A DNA stretch of 64,000 bases from Psammoneis japonica (lineage: Eukaryota). The stretch is taken from assembly GCA_008632985.1 (NCBI GenBank), contig QPGO01000082.1, positions 62,001-126,000 on the forward strand. The letters run 5' to 3'. Position numbers and translations under genes: made by a program. Shown piece by piece: positions 49,100-62,356 of the stretch. Under the pieces are notes generated by a model. The model saw only the letters and a program-made list of their open reading frames with translations. It did no database searches and had not been told where the DNA came from. The number at the start of each line of letters is the position of its first letter. Position 1 is the stretch's first letter.

Positions 49100-52000
49100 A
49101 GCCCTCGCAACCCCCTGAACCCTTTTGCCCAACTCTTGGACACCCTCAGAAAAAGCTTGACTTTGCTTTGTTGCAAAAGGCAGGGGCAATGACCCAAGTG
49201 ATTTCTGATGTTGGGGTGCTGTGCTGACTCATGTTGGCACTGCATCTCTCTCCTTTCATCCTGGCTGGCATTGCATTGCATGCTGGTTGGAATGACATGG
49301 CCATGCAGCCTTTTGATGCCAGTGCTCCTTCTAGGTGGTGCATCTCCTGCCAAGAATCCACCTCCCTCCCCACTGTTGATCCTAGGAGCAAGTTTGCCAA
49401 AGCTTTGGCCAATCTCATCCACCTGGTCCTGCTCAATTTGAGAAGGCCATGACACAAGTGTTGAGTTCAGTGCCTTCTCATTGACCTCTGCAAGTGCTCC
49501 ATTGACCACAACATCTCTTGCCTGCTTGTTCAATCCCAAAAAAATGCCCTCTGGTGTGTTGGCAGGCATGGTGCAAATGCAAGAAGGATGGAAAGGTCAT
49601 CTTGGGCAACTCTTTGACCTCCTGCAAACATGGAATCATGCATCATGAAGATGGCACTCAATGCATCTTTCTTTGTGACAGCTCTTTGTTTGTCGTCAAG
49701 CCCAGTTGGAGTCCCAATGCTTTCCCATGTACAATGCTGTGCTCAGCTGTGACAACATCTCACCTCAAGGCCTTTGCACATGGTGCGGTGCTCTGATTGA
49801 GCAGGCTGTGTCATGTGCTTTCCACATTCACTCACACTTTGGTGCTTTGTCCCGGGCATTTGTGGCAGGTCTTTCACATCTGGAAATGCCAAAACAGACA
49901 ATCTTCCTCAAGGCATGACTCCACAACCTTTGGAACAGATTGCTCTCACAATTGTTTTGCACCTCCAGAAGCAAGACTGGTCTTTCCCCCCTGCAGGCTC
50001 CAAGTTCCCTGACATTTTTCACCAACATCATGGAGATGGTCATTTGGTCCTCAAGACAACTCTCTTTTTTGACTGCCCATCTGGCACAATCATCTTCATC
50101 ATGATCTCATCCAAGACAACACAACCATCCTCAGCCACTGTGCTCTCTTCAAGGATTTTCTTCGAGCATGAGCCATTGTCTCCAACGTTGAAGTGTCAGA
50201 CATTTCTGGTGAACTGGGTGTCTTCATCAGCAACATGAAAAAAACACACATTCATTGCAAGACTGCCAATGCTTGCAAGGACAAAAACAAGACCAACCAT
50301 CTCAAGGCCAAGAAGATTTTTGAGACCCTGACTGTCCTTCTCAATGAACCAGATGGTCCTGCACAGCATCTTGACACTCCTCCTGGTTCCAATCATTGGA
50401 TTTTGAACCTGAGTGACTGCTCCCCCATGAAATGCATGCAGCGGTGCACTGCTTCATCAACTGACCCAACCACCACAGTCACTCTAAAGAGAGCTGGTGC
50501 TGGCTCTGGGAGTTGAGGGTGCTGCTTTTTCTGTTGAGCCTCTTGAAGATGCTGTGGAAGCATTGGTCAGTGAATTGACTGCTGTTGAGATCCCCAAAGA
50601 TGACACACCTCTCATGCAATGCATTGCATGGACTGTGAACTGTTGGTGTCTGCCAGATCAAACAGAACACTGCCACTGTAGATTGCTGACTGTGTCTGGC
50701 ATGCAATGGAGTGCACAAGATTGCACAATGTCATGTCTCAAACAGTGCTGCCTCTCTTTGTTTGCATGTGATCCCCCACTTCTGTCAATTCACTCAACAT
50801 GAGCAGCACACACTCAGGATGAATCTGCATTGCAGACAAACAACCTTTTGATTTATTTTGGTTTGAGCCATCATCAAGTTTGGGCACATGAACCTGCCCC
50901 CAGCTCTTTCTGCTCTGAACACAACAAATGAACATGAAGTGACTGTGGAAGAGGGTCACATTGACTCATCACCAATCACTTCCATGCCTCTTTTTCTGTC
51001 AAACACAGTTGCTCATGATGTTCATCAAGCTCCTGCCAGCCCTCCTGATGTGATTGGCCCCATGTGGAACACTCATGTTCATCTGCAGAGAGTGCAATTC
51101 ATGCACTTCTCATTGGCACCAATCTTCCTGTCCTCCAATTTTTGGTGTTTCTGATCATTGTCCTCACATCAAGAGCTCCATTCCTTTGAAGGACCAAGCA
51201 AGACTCTGCTCCAATTGCTGTCACTGCTGGCAAGACAGATGACCTTGCTTTCTCTTTGTGCCTTTGGACATCATGTGTGGGCTTGGATGCCTGGTCATTG
51301 ATTTGCCAAGTTGCAGACTCACTCTAAGAAGGGTGCATCCCTTGGATGCTTGCTGAACATCACCACAAAAAGAACATTGTTTGGTGGGACCCCTCTGCTG
51401 ACAAGGTCAAGATCACCAAGCATGTTTGTTTTGATGAAAATGTGAATGATTTGCCCATGGATGAGCCACCTTCAAATGTTGTTCACCTTCAATGCATGGA
51501 ACATGGCCTTTCCTTCCCTGTGGACAAACCAGCAGAGACCACTGTTCCTGAGTTTTCAACACCTGTCAATCCATTTGCAAGATGACTCTTGTGTGTGCTG
51601 TGAAATGTTGTCAGTGCAATTGGACCCGCAATCTTGATTTGCCAAAATCTGGTGTCATGGATCGGGTTTGTGCATCTGGAGTCAAGCCAGGCAGACCTGC
51701 TTTTGTCTTTTCTCACACTCCCCATGCACCCCCCCCCCCCCCCACACCACACACACACACACACAAACACAACAAGCTTGCTGGGGCCTGCATTGTCCCC
51801 ATCTGTCAACAAGAGTGAGGTTTGCATGGTTTCAGGCACAAGAGTGAGGTTTGCATGGTTTCAGGCACCAAGTCAGAACTGCATCGTGTCTTTTTGATGA
51901 CTCAATGTCATCTTTTGACATCATCATCTTTTGTGCCCAAATGTCACTTGGATTCATGCCAACTCCATCATGCCATGGACCATGGAGGATCACATGAGGC

Positions 52001-53310
52001 ATGGGTGCAGATTGTCTGATTGATGACAAGGCTTGCATCCCTGAGGTCTCTCTTGAAGAGGTTCATGAAATGGCACCCATGCTCTGTCCCAAGGATGAAT
52101 TTTCTGAAGGTGCCATTCTGGATGTCACTTTTTGTGCACACCTCAATGCTGGCTCTTCCCACACCATTGCTGAGATGGAAGTGGCCCAAGACTGTCCAAC
52201 TCATGCTCATCTTTGTGAACTTGCTGCTTGACCAGAATGGCAAGCAGAAGAATGAAAATGGCTGGATCAACTCCATGCTCTCAGCATGTGTGAACCACCA
52301 CTGCAACCTTGGCCACGGGGTGCTCATGTCATGCAAACACACAGGGAACACAATCTCAAGCTAGCTGGTGAATGTCATTCTCCCAACAATGTGGAGATGA
52401 ATCTTAGAAAGTGATTCCAGCTGTCCACAAACTCACATTCACTCACTCTTTTGAGTTGATCAGCTGACTCAATGTCCTTTTTTTGCCTTGAGCACAGGCA
52501 TGGTTCATTGTGTCTGTTCTGGAGATTTCCACAAGGCATGTGCTCACTCACCTCCTCCAACCACTCAAGTTCATGTTGCCATTGACAATGCCCATCGTGA
52601 GTGGCACAAGGCATGGTTCAGAAAAGACATGAATCCCAGCTGTGCTGTGCCTGCTCTCTGTGCTCTTTAAAGACACCACAAGGCAAGTTGTTTTGTTGGA
52701 AAAGCACATTGGTGTGGCACTCTCTGATGCCAAGTCATTGTTTTGCAATGCTGCTCATGACAAGTGCATTTGTGCTGGGACTTGTGAAGGTGCCAAGGGG
52801 CTTTTTTGTTGTGACAGATTGATGATTTTTCTCTTGCATGTCCAAATGAGAACATTGCTGTTGCAATTTTTATCCTGTGTCATGGCAAAGAGCTTCAGCC
52901 ACTCAATGAAGAGACACCTCCTTTTCAGTGCCTTGGACTTTGTGTTGGATTCAACGAACTTGATGTGATCCAGAATGATGGGGCCCCATCACCATCAATG
53001 TTGCAGCTGCATGAGCAGGTCTTGCAAACCCATGTTTCTACATTTGGAACAAAATGGGTTTGAAGGAGTCTGTCATGGATTTCAAGGCCACTCCCATCCC
53101 AGTTGATTGCAGTGCAGTGTCATTTGGCAACTCTGGGACCTCAAGAAGGTGCTGATGCTCGTGCTGAGCTGGAAACCGACCACAAGTTTCTGCACTGCTC
53201 TCTTTTGGGCAAATTAATTTTTGCACACCACACTTGTTGCCGGTTTGACATCGGGCACCCCATTGTCACACTGTCCAAGTTCTCCGAGGCTCCCACTGAC
53301 ATCCATTGTG
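49100..53310 (+). mobile_element. Ty1/Copia (CoDi-like) LTR retrotransposon pol relic
   Basis: Post-integrase NIVWWDP...VKITKHVCFDE..NDLP. RT region ACAHSPPP...VAIDNAHREWHK...PALCAL and RQIDDF. Also SLLGKLIFAH..CRFDIGHPIVTLSKFS. No LTRs found; 5' limit approximate. Confidence 0.8.
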
Positions 53311-53480
53311 GCTAGAGTGTGTAGAGACCTGCACAACTTGTAGGCACAGTAGTGGCTCTAGAGTAGAGCAGAGACTACTGCTGATTAGCTAGAGGATGAG
53401 GGTACTTCGTAGGTCTATTGCCAACATACACTACATCATAGATCTCTAGGAGCTAGCTAGCAGAGGTTACATAAGGTATA
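53311..53480. repeat. CTAG/TAGAG-rich patch
   Basis: ctctagagtagagcagagactac, attagctagagg and ctctaggagctagctagc begin immediately where the Copia relic ends. Confidence 0.65.
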
Positions 53481-53773
53481 CGCAACGCAATCTCCCAAAC
53501 AAGGGTGGCCGGGGGATGGGAGGCCGAGTGTGTTAATGGCCCTCTAGAACCTCCCAAAAAACCGGAGCGCCGGGAGTTATAGGCAAGAGAGAGCAGCGAC
53601 CAAAAGATGCTTGTCATCTCTCCCTCTATTAAGCCTCAAAATTCAATACATCGTTGCGGTCGATAACTAGAGATTCTTTAGATTAAATTACAGGAAATAT
53701 CGGAGGACCTCCGATAAAAACAAGCCAGCGTTCAATCGCCGACTTGCACAACAGGGATATTGATAAAGGGGTT

Positions 53774-55941
53774 TCAGGCCATGTATCCAGAAGATCCCTG
53801 AGTCTTGGCGTTAGAGTCAGCAACGCCAGTCTCGGAGCAACAGTGGGCCTCATAATGTTCATAGTCCGCCGTGTGGCGCCCCATTTGACAAATGGTACAA
53901 GGCATGCAAAACGTGGCACAGCAGCAATCCTCCAAATCGTGGAAGCGCTGTTCCGGAATGACATACCTCTCGCGGAGGGAAGCTCTCGTTAGAGCTGTGG
54001 TATAGACAGAAAAACCACCATGAAAGTATTCAGAAGAACAATTGCCAGCTGATCGGGGCCAGAGAGTTCCAATCCACGGCTCCACTTATAGTTGAAAGCC
54101 AAGATGATCAACAGGTTCATAACGGCCCAAAAGACCACAATCGATCTCATCGTCGAGAAAGTTTTGGGATTCTTCTTCCCGTCGACTGGGTGTGCGAAGC
54201 AATCAATGTCAATGCGAGTCATGACTTGACCGAGAGCAACTGGGACACGCAGAGAACGCAGAAACGGCGGAGGTAAGTTGCCGTGACTATGCAAGAATGA
54301 GAATGCCTCGCCAAGCTAGCACGGTACTTACTCAACGGACAGAACAAGCTATTCATAACGAGGGGGTGGCAGAGACCATGCTTCGAAAAGTCACTTAGGC
54401 GGTCCTTCCACCTTCCAACGGGAGGCTCAGACCCACTGTCCAACTCACGCATAATGCAGGAAAACGTTTCTCCCTTCTTGACTCCACCCATTGGCTGTAC
54501 GAGAACGATTATCGGCCATCGTTGTTAGTTTGCGGTTGGGGACAACAATCATACTAGGACGATGATACAATGCATACTCACCACGACTGCAATGAAACGT
54601 TGATCGTCAATTTCCGCTTCAAAGCGATATCCAGCGGGCAATCAGCAGGAGCAATAACATCCACCATGGGAAAGCTACCTCCAGCCGATTCCAACGGATG
54701 CTCCGACTGGGGAGTTTCGGGGCTCTTGTCATAGATATTCTCAACATTGGTGTTGTCATCTCCAGAAAGGCCACGCGTGTTGGAATAATTCTGAGCAAGT
54801 TGCTTTGTCCGTCGGTCTTGTGCGCCTGCTTGGGGGTATTGCCTCCTTCTCCGTGAAGAGCTCTGAGGCGAGCTTGAAGTTCCAACACGTGTTGTCTCCA
54901 AAAGGCAGCGGCTTCCGGAGTGACAGACTCTGCCATGAAATTGGATGCTTCCCTGAGCTCAGCCATGACTTGCTGGCGTTCCAAGGACTCGGAGGTGCAA
55001 GTTTGAGCGTCGTTGGTACCACCCGAAGTGGAATCGCCCAAGCTGTTTTCATCACGAGCCGACATGCCGCTCATCAAGCGATTCTTCATGTCTTCGTGTT
55101 GCTTCCGCAACTGCCTACGCTGCTCCTCCAGCGTCCTACGAAGCTGACTCTCGTCATCGATAGGGTATGGTGGGGGGAGACCAGTAAGGTCTGAATCCGT
55201 GCTCTGGATAGTAGGGGCAGGCATGAGCGCAGAAACGTCCTGTCAAAGAACACACATCGAAAGAAAAAAGCCCAATCAGTGAGGAACAAGAAAACGTAAA
55301 TTCAAGTAGGAGTACTTTCTTTCAGATGGACTTACGGTGATGGTAATGACACGTTTCTCGGAAGGCGAGATCAAGAGAGCGTTGTCGTCTCCCTCGCGGT
55401 CAAAGCCAAGCTCCTGACACTGCCGCGTCAATACATGAATGTTAGCATCCGAGTCCACAGGACAGTTATGCTCCAAACGGTACCTGAGAGCCTCCACAAA
55501 GTTTAAGCGCACGGACGGCTGAAGTGAGGTATGCAAGTATTCAATATCACTCTCGGTGATCTCCAGCGTAGTAGACGAGGCGCTTTCGTTCAAGCGAGGG
55601 AGAAATCGGCCCGTAGCTAGATTGGCGATAACATGAAATGCATCGTCGTTGTTCTTCATATCCAAGGTGCCGGTAGACTTCTTACTGTCTGCAGCCGCCG
55701 TCATGCTTGCCACTCCCGACGCTGTGGCTAGAGCAGCTTCGGCCTTATCAAGCGCGCTAATGACTTGAAAACCAGAAGATGTCTCGCTTCCTCCGGACGA
55801 AACTGACTGTTTCACTTCAACTTCTGCAGTTGATGACTTCTTCGGAGAGCGAGACGGAGAACGATCCCCAAAGCGATCCATGGCCAATTGTGTTGGCGAC
55901 TTGAATGCCCCGTCCGCTTCCGCGGCGTTTTTGTCAGACAT
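53774..55941 (-). CDS. PLAC8-family protein with long N-terminal extension (multi-exon)
   Basis: GRWKDRLSD, ALGQVMTR, RERYVIPE...EDCCCATFCMPCTICQMGRHTADY. GT-AG introns at 55240-55335, about 54495-54580 and about 54240-54331. One-base frameshifts (e.g. A-run at about 54012). Confidence 0.8.
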
Positions 55942-56689
55942 GATACAATGATGAAGCTCTGCCAATAAAACTAACACAAGTTGTGACAGATGCTATAGCT
56001 GGAGGAGGAAAACAAACACCTGTTGTTACAGTGTATCCTTGAGGAGTCAGTCCAAGTCGATGAATGACACTTGCAACGTCGCTTCGTGTTCAGCGATGAG
56101 CGATGATGCAAATAACTTTCAGCGGCACTTTTTGTGGATCGCGCAACGGTGTGCCTTTTCAAATTTGGCGGCGTATTGCCCACTAACGGTTATCATTACA
56201 TTTAAACATTTAATGACTTTCTTTAATGTATTTATTAATGCTTAATACGGATCAGGGTGAAACAATTCGTCATTGCTATCGGCTATTTTTGCTCCTACGT
56301 ATTCATAGTCATATATGTGAATATTACACAAGACTGAAATGTACTTCTCATTATTCAGGTAGTCGAAGGGTTGAATAAAAGAAGTTTATAAAATATTCAC
56401 GACATGAATATTTCTAATGCGGTAATCAGGCATGCATCAAATTTCGCTTCGCGCCACAACAGGCAGGGTGTAACCTTACTCACGCATTGCGCGTCTACCG
56501 TAAACGGGCATCTTCGTCAGTGCAACCGATTGTTGCGCCCGGTGGTTGCCACTGCCGTCATCGGTCGTGCAGAGGCCACGTCAGATAGGAACCCAGAGTG
56601 GGAGGACCACTGTCACAAAACTCAAAGCAGCTTGGTCTACCCACCAGCTTGTCCAGAAACAGGATGAAGCGGTGCATCCTCGCGCTTAG

Positions 56690-57251
56690 ATCGCAGTGTT
56701 TCGGGTTACCGTCGGTTTGGCAAGCAAGATCGATCGCCTGATAAAGTTGCGCCTAGATGTTATGAGGACGTGACGCCGTCGTACTGAAACAAACCAATGA
56801 ATCCACAAACAGCTCTGTTGCACTCGCAGCGGCCTTGCGACTTCCAACAGCAAGAATGTGGCGTGCATCCGAGAGTGGCACGAACCAAAAACGCGACAAT
56901 GCGGCTTGTATGATTACACAACCAAGCGTGTGTGAACGGGTGATCTTTGGAAACAGTGCCGTTGCCTCGCTCTTCCTTCCGTGCGGTGTTTCAGGTTACC
57001 GTCGCTTTGGCAAGCAAGATCGATCGCCTGCTAAAGTTCCGAGTAGCTGTCATGAAGACGCGACGCCGTTGTACTGAAACAAGCCAAAGGATCCACAACC
57101 AGCTCTGTTGCACTAGTAGACTAGCAACCTTGCGACGTCAAACAGCAAGAATGTGGCATGTATCCGAGAGTGGCACGAACCAAAAACGCGACAATGCGGC
57201 TTGTATGATTACACAACCAGGCGTGTGTGAACGGGTAATCTTTGGAAACAG
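56690..57251. repeat. Tandem duplication, two diverged copies of about 290 bp
   Basis: gtgtttc.ggttaccgtcg...gcaagcaagatcgatcgcctg...atctttggaaacag occurs at about 56696-56956 and about 56986-57251. Confidence 0.9.
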
Positions 57252-59086
57252 ACTGTGGTCTTGACTGCAACTGTAAAGAGAGGAGAGGAGCACAAACGAA
57301 AGAAGTGCGGTTGTCGTTGGGGTAGTGCTGATGCATCGTACCGTGCTTCACGGATGATCGATCTGTTTTTCAATGCAAACGGCGGAGAAGAATGACCCAT
57401 TACTGCAACTCCCTCCAAACCAACTAGCCCCGGTGGTCCCCTGATCGATAACTAGCTGCTTGGGATTTCTGCTGGGGAGTCACAAGTCTTCCACAGCCGT
57501 AAACATCACGCTTTGCAAGCTCACCTAGTCCCTGGCTCTTCAGCTCTTGGCGATGTACCGGTAAGAGCGAGACCCGATGCACTTGGAACTGGATTGAATT
57601 CTTGGTGCTCCTCTAAAAGCACAGGAAAATTTGCCAAAGACTAGTCATACACGCATCACCAAAAGTAGTTGTTGGGCACCCGAGACAAAGTGCAGATGGG
57701 ACCACCAATGTCTTTCGCATCTCAAATTGTTCAATATTATTCGTGTCGAGCAGTGGCGACAATGATGGCAACAAATTTGCCTTGGGTCTGCTTCCTTTTT
57801 GTATTGTACACATTGTTTGTAGGCACTCAACTGCTTCTTGTTGATCGACCGACTCATTGGTGGGCGACTCCCCTTTCGTTGACTACAACCATTGCAAAAA
57901 TTCGTTTTGGATACTGGTGTATCAATTTCGGAACGGCTTGCACGTCAACGCACTTTTCAGCTGGTAATACAGCAAAATACCTCTATTGCTCACGTGAAGC
58001 AGAGACGTCGTCGGATTTCTGAAAGTCTTTGGCAACCACGCTGGTCAAAACGGCACGTAGATTGGCCAGGACTTCCTCTGAATTACGCATTGTCTCGTTT
58101 CAACAGTCGAAACATTGCTAAAGGGTCGAGACGTTCCGTCTCGATGACAAAATTGATAGGTCATTGACTTCAGAGCCGCCATGTCTTTACTCTTCTTGCC
58201 TATGAAATAGTTGGTGTCTTTCATTGGTGGTGCAGCTCCTTGCCGCTCCTTTTCGCAAGCGTTTGCAGCAATGGGGATAAGCCTATGTCCTGCCTCCTCC
58301 AGTGGAAGTGTTGTGACATCTTCCTTAGCGCCTGCGGGAGTGCGGCGTTTTCCGTACCGCACTCGTGGTGTCCGTCCCGTTGTGTCCATGCTGTTGACAA
58401 GTTCAGGTACGGTAGTAGATGAAACAAAGACAGATAGAGCGCGGCAACGAAGTGGAAAGCGATGATATAAGCAGCGTCAGTCATGACTTTCATTGCTTCG
58501 GTTTTGCTCGCGAAACAAAAACGAGCGAATGCCAATGTTTCAAAACTGGGCGCCTGCCGCCTGCCGGCCTGTGCCGCCCGTTCTCCTTCGTGAGACAGTC
58601 TTCATGCATAGAGAGTCATGTGCGATGGCCTGGAAATGAAGCGAACGGCTCAGTGAGATCCATGACGAGTTATTTTGAAGAAGTGCCACAATCCAGGGTT
58701 CGTCTTCTGTGCAGAACCATGGAACAGCTCGGAAACTCTTCACGTACCTGAACATCAACTTGCCATCGCACTACTCGTCACGCGTTGTTGCAGAATTTGC
58801 GTGATTGCCAACAAGGGTGGGGAGGATCGTGAGTCTTTCCTTCTCTCTGTTCTTGTCGTCGTTGTGAGCACCACCGATAGTTGGGCTGCATAGCCTGTAG
58901 TGCATGGCAGTTGTCAGAGTAAGTGTGGTAGGAGTACATTTTTTATGCTCTCTCCTTTCCAGGCGGTGCCTCGGCTTCCTGGGAACAGGGCGGGAAAATG
59001 AGCGAGTGCTGATCTTCGATTGCTTTCGCTGGAATGATATGAGCAGTCTAAGTAATTCGAGGGAACTTCAAATCCCTCCACTGAGT

Positions 59087-60190
59087 CTACACTTTCGTCA
59101 AAAGTCGTGCCTTTTCCTTGTTGACCTTGGTGCTAAACTGCGGTTTTACAGCCGCAAAGTTGGTGAGTGAAGTCATCGCGCCCACAATGTTCCCCGAAGC
59201 TTCTTGTGCGTCCGCAAGAGTTCGCCAAGCCGTCGGGTGTGAGGGGCAGATTTTCGTAGCTTGCTGGGCATCTTGTACAGCATCTTTGGGTCTCCCAAGG
59301 TCCAGCCGAATGATTGCTCTCAAAACGTGGGCGTGAGCAATGGCATTAGATTCCGAAGTGTCTGGATCTTTTTCCAAGACCTTGACGACAGAGTCAAGAA
59401 ATTGCTCCTTTCTCTCCAGCGAGTCGACTGGCGAGTAGTAAAAAGGATAAAACTTAAGTGTTAGACTCGCCAAGACACACAAACTACTAGCTGAATGAAA
59501 ACATGTCGTAGATCCAGAATTTCCTCCAACATCAAATACCGTTCCTACTCTAACCCAAAAGGACCAGAGCAAGTCGATATGTTATGCAAAGGTCGTTCCC
59601 TTGACAGTTCGTGTTGGCTTCAAGTAGCACCGGATAAGATACGTAGAAATAAATCTTGCCGGCGACTCTATAAAATGAAGCCGCTCTTTCTCTGAACAAG
59701 AACAACAACGCGATACAGATACTATGTACGCACCTAATTGTGCCTTCTCCATGACTGTACTGGCCGCCAAGAGCGAGGAAGGAATCGTCAATCCGTCGAC
59801 TGCCATTTCCAATACCGCGGCAGCAGCTTGCGCGTCTCCAACACTGTTATACATCTTGTCCCCACATGCTACGTTGGGTCCGAAATCACATTTCGATTGA
59901 CATCCCGTCGCCTCGATTGCAATGTCAGACGCGCTTGTCGGCAACAGCCGTTCAAGCGTTTGTACCAGATTGGCGTGACGCAAGCCGAACTTCTGACAGC
60001 AATATTTGTTCTGGCATACCGACAAAACGACACGAGGCGACTTGCTCACGGTGCTCAACGAATTTATAGCGTGTCGCTCGCCGATTAAAAAGAATAGCAC
60101 GAGTACCGAAATGAAAAGCGGAATCTCCATGAGGCTACTTGTTCTCCGACAGCGTTGTGATAACATGTTTGACGGCAATCTCTCAGTCAT
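59087..60190 (-). CDS. Thioredoxin-like [2Fe-2S] ferredoxin domain plus TPR protein, with signal peptide
   Basis: VCQNKYCCQK...ATGCQSKCDFGPNV has TRX-like ferredoxin Cys spacing. Exon 2 has TPR-like AVQDAQQATKICPSHPTAWRTLADA. Intron at about 59428-59734. Confidence 0.7.
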
Positions 60191-60541
60191 GCACAGAAAT
60201 GATTCCTTTGGTCTTGAAATTGAAAATCTGAAATCTTTGTTGATCTTTGCGCGAAAAAATGAACGGTCGAAATCGAAAAGATTGGTGTATTTATCACTCG
60301 TACAAAATCATGTAAGTGAAATCATTACCATGAGTCTCGTACCAAAAAATTAAAAATGAGAAGGGGATGATTCGTCCGTCCTTCTCCTCATTGAAGTGAT
60401 CCAAGAACCCGGAAAATGGTACGTGTTTTTGATTTTTCTGCGACAGCCGAGGGGCCACTTGGCAACACATTGGCATTTCTGTTCAAGTTGAAACTGTAGT
60501 CGAAGCAAAGCTTGAGTTGTCAGGCCGGAAAGACAACGGAA

Positions 60542-62356
60542 ATGAGATTCTTTCAAGCACTCATCGTTGCCATTGCCGCGGCGAGCGTATCGGCATTTTC
60601 TCCTTCATCATTGGTTGTCCCGAGACAAAGCAATGTCGTCCAAGAAACTCCCATTTCTTCGCTAGGTGTGTCGGCCACTTCTAGTAGCACTCGACTCAAC
60701 ATGATGGACCCTACCGTGATCGAAACGTCGTCTCAAGTTCTAAACAGCGTCGGAACCAGTCCCCTCCTTTCCTTTTCGGATCAAGGACAAAACTTGGCTG
60801 GTATCTTTTTCCAATCATCCCTCCTTCCCTATCTCATCTTTTTGTACTTTTTGCAATTCCGTGGCAACCGCACACCCGAACTCGGAAACTTTGGTTTTCA
60901 ATTTGTCCTCTTGTTCGTCTTTGCTACAATTCCGTCTGGTATTATTTCCAAATCAACCTATGGATGTTCGCTGGCCAATGTGGACTGGCTGCATGGAGGG
61001 GCCGAGGCGCTGTTGACGACCGCAAACGTTGCAATCGTACGTGAAAAAATGCTTTGCTATTTTGAAAGACGTGGGTGAATTAGGATCTCATGTTCTAACT
61101 TTTCTCCTTTTTATCATTCAGGTGTTGGGTTTCAAAGAGGCCGCCTCCAAACTCAATCCGCCTAAACTTGACCCAGGTCGGCTACTTTCCCTTGCAGCCG
61201 CTGGGGCATTTGCCGTCGCATGTGCTGTGGGCCCCAGTCTTGGAGTCGAAGCTCACTCACCGTTTTTGTTTGGCATTGGAGATTTGAGCCCTGAAACGAC
61301 CTTGTCCCTTCCCTGGGTACGCGTAATGGAATCGCAGCGCGTTGGTCCGCACATCTAGAGTTCATACTCACGTTTTTTTTTCTGTTTCTGCAGGTGACTC
61401 ACTCGGAACCCGAAAATGCCTTGTCGATTCCGACTTGGGCGATTCACTTTTCGTCTGTATTTGAATTTCTCTTTGCAATGGGATATGTATGGCAATATTC
61501 GGAAGCCACGAACAATCCCAAATGGAAGGGTCTCACTTGGGGAATGCTTCCCCTGCACGCTTCTGGGATTTGCGCGTGTACCTATCATTTCTTTTACAAT
61601 CCGGCCGTCCTTCAGCTTCTTGTCACCATGCAGGCTGGCTTGACGTGTTTGGGTAACATTACATGCGCCATTGCAGCATACCGTATTGCCAAGAGCAATG
61701 GCTGGACGTTTGACGATTTGAATCCTTTCCCCAAGTCGGATACCAACCCCGTTGGATTGGTTTCAGATGCGGTTGCTGCGACGCCTCTCAAAGTTAACAC
61801 TGCCTTGGCAGAATCCAATGTGCAGATCTTTGGCAAAATCGTGGCGGCGACCCTTGTGGCATCGTATGCTATCAAGTATGGTGAACTCGGTTTGGATATA
61901 CCGTTCACTCCCAACCTCCCCGTGGCCTTGGGTCTTGTCGTTGGTATCCCTGCCATTACTGCTTATCAATTCGCCAACCGCTCAAAGCAAGAAGGCGGTG
62001 AATTGGCATTTCCTCTTCCCAGTTTTGGTGGAGGCGATGAGGGTGAGGGTTTGTCCATGGATGATGTCAAAAAGTATGGAGTTGCTGGAACTGTGGCCTA
62101 TGTTTTGACGGAGCTTGCCTTTTGGGCCGTGGCGTTTCCAGTAGCAAGCACGGCGCTTTACCAATCCACTGGACACTGGCCTGATGTCATTAATGACGCA
62201 ACGGATCGAACCACGGTTTTGGGATTCATCTTTGCTGGAGCTAACATTGCACGACTCTTGGTTCCTCTTCGACTGGGAGCCGCCCTTGCTCTTGCCCCAT
62301 GGGTGGACGAGAATATTCTCAATCGGGATCAACAAGTGACAGAGACTGAGCAGTAA
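60542..62356 (+). CDS. Plastid-targeted Ycf49-like (DUF2499) / DUF3593-type membrane protein
   Basis: Bipartite signal ...AAASVSAF. Motifs SLLPYLIFLYFL, LANVDWLHGGAE, NALSIPTWAIHFSSVFE and WGMLPLHASGICACTYHFFYN. Introns 61037-61121 and 61317-61393. Confidence 0.85.

Larger units (their letters stand above)
41160..53310. other. 12-kb TpA- and CpG-depleted nest of decayed transposons
   Basis: Both TA and CG are rare. Contains a foldback element, a LINE RT relic, a minisatellite, a Copia relic and an unidentified degenerate ORF region (41.2-44.8 kb). Confidence 0.85.
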
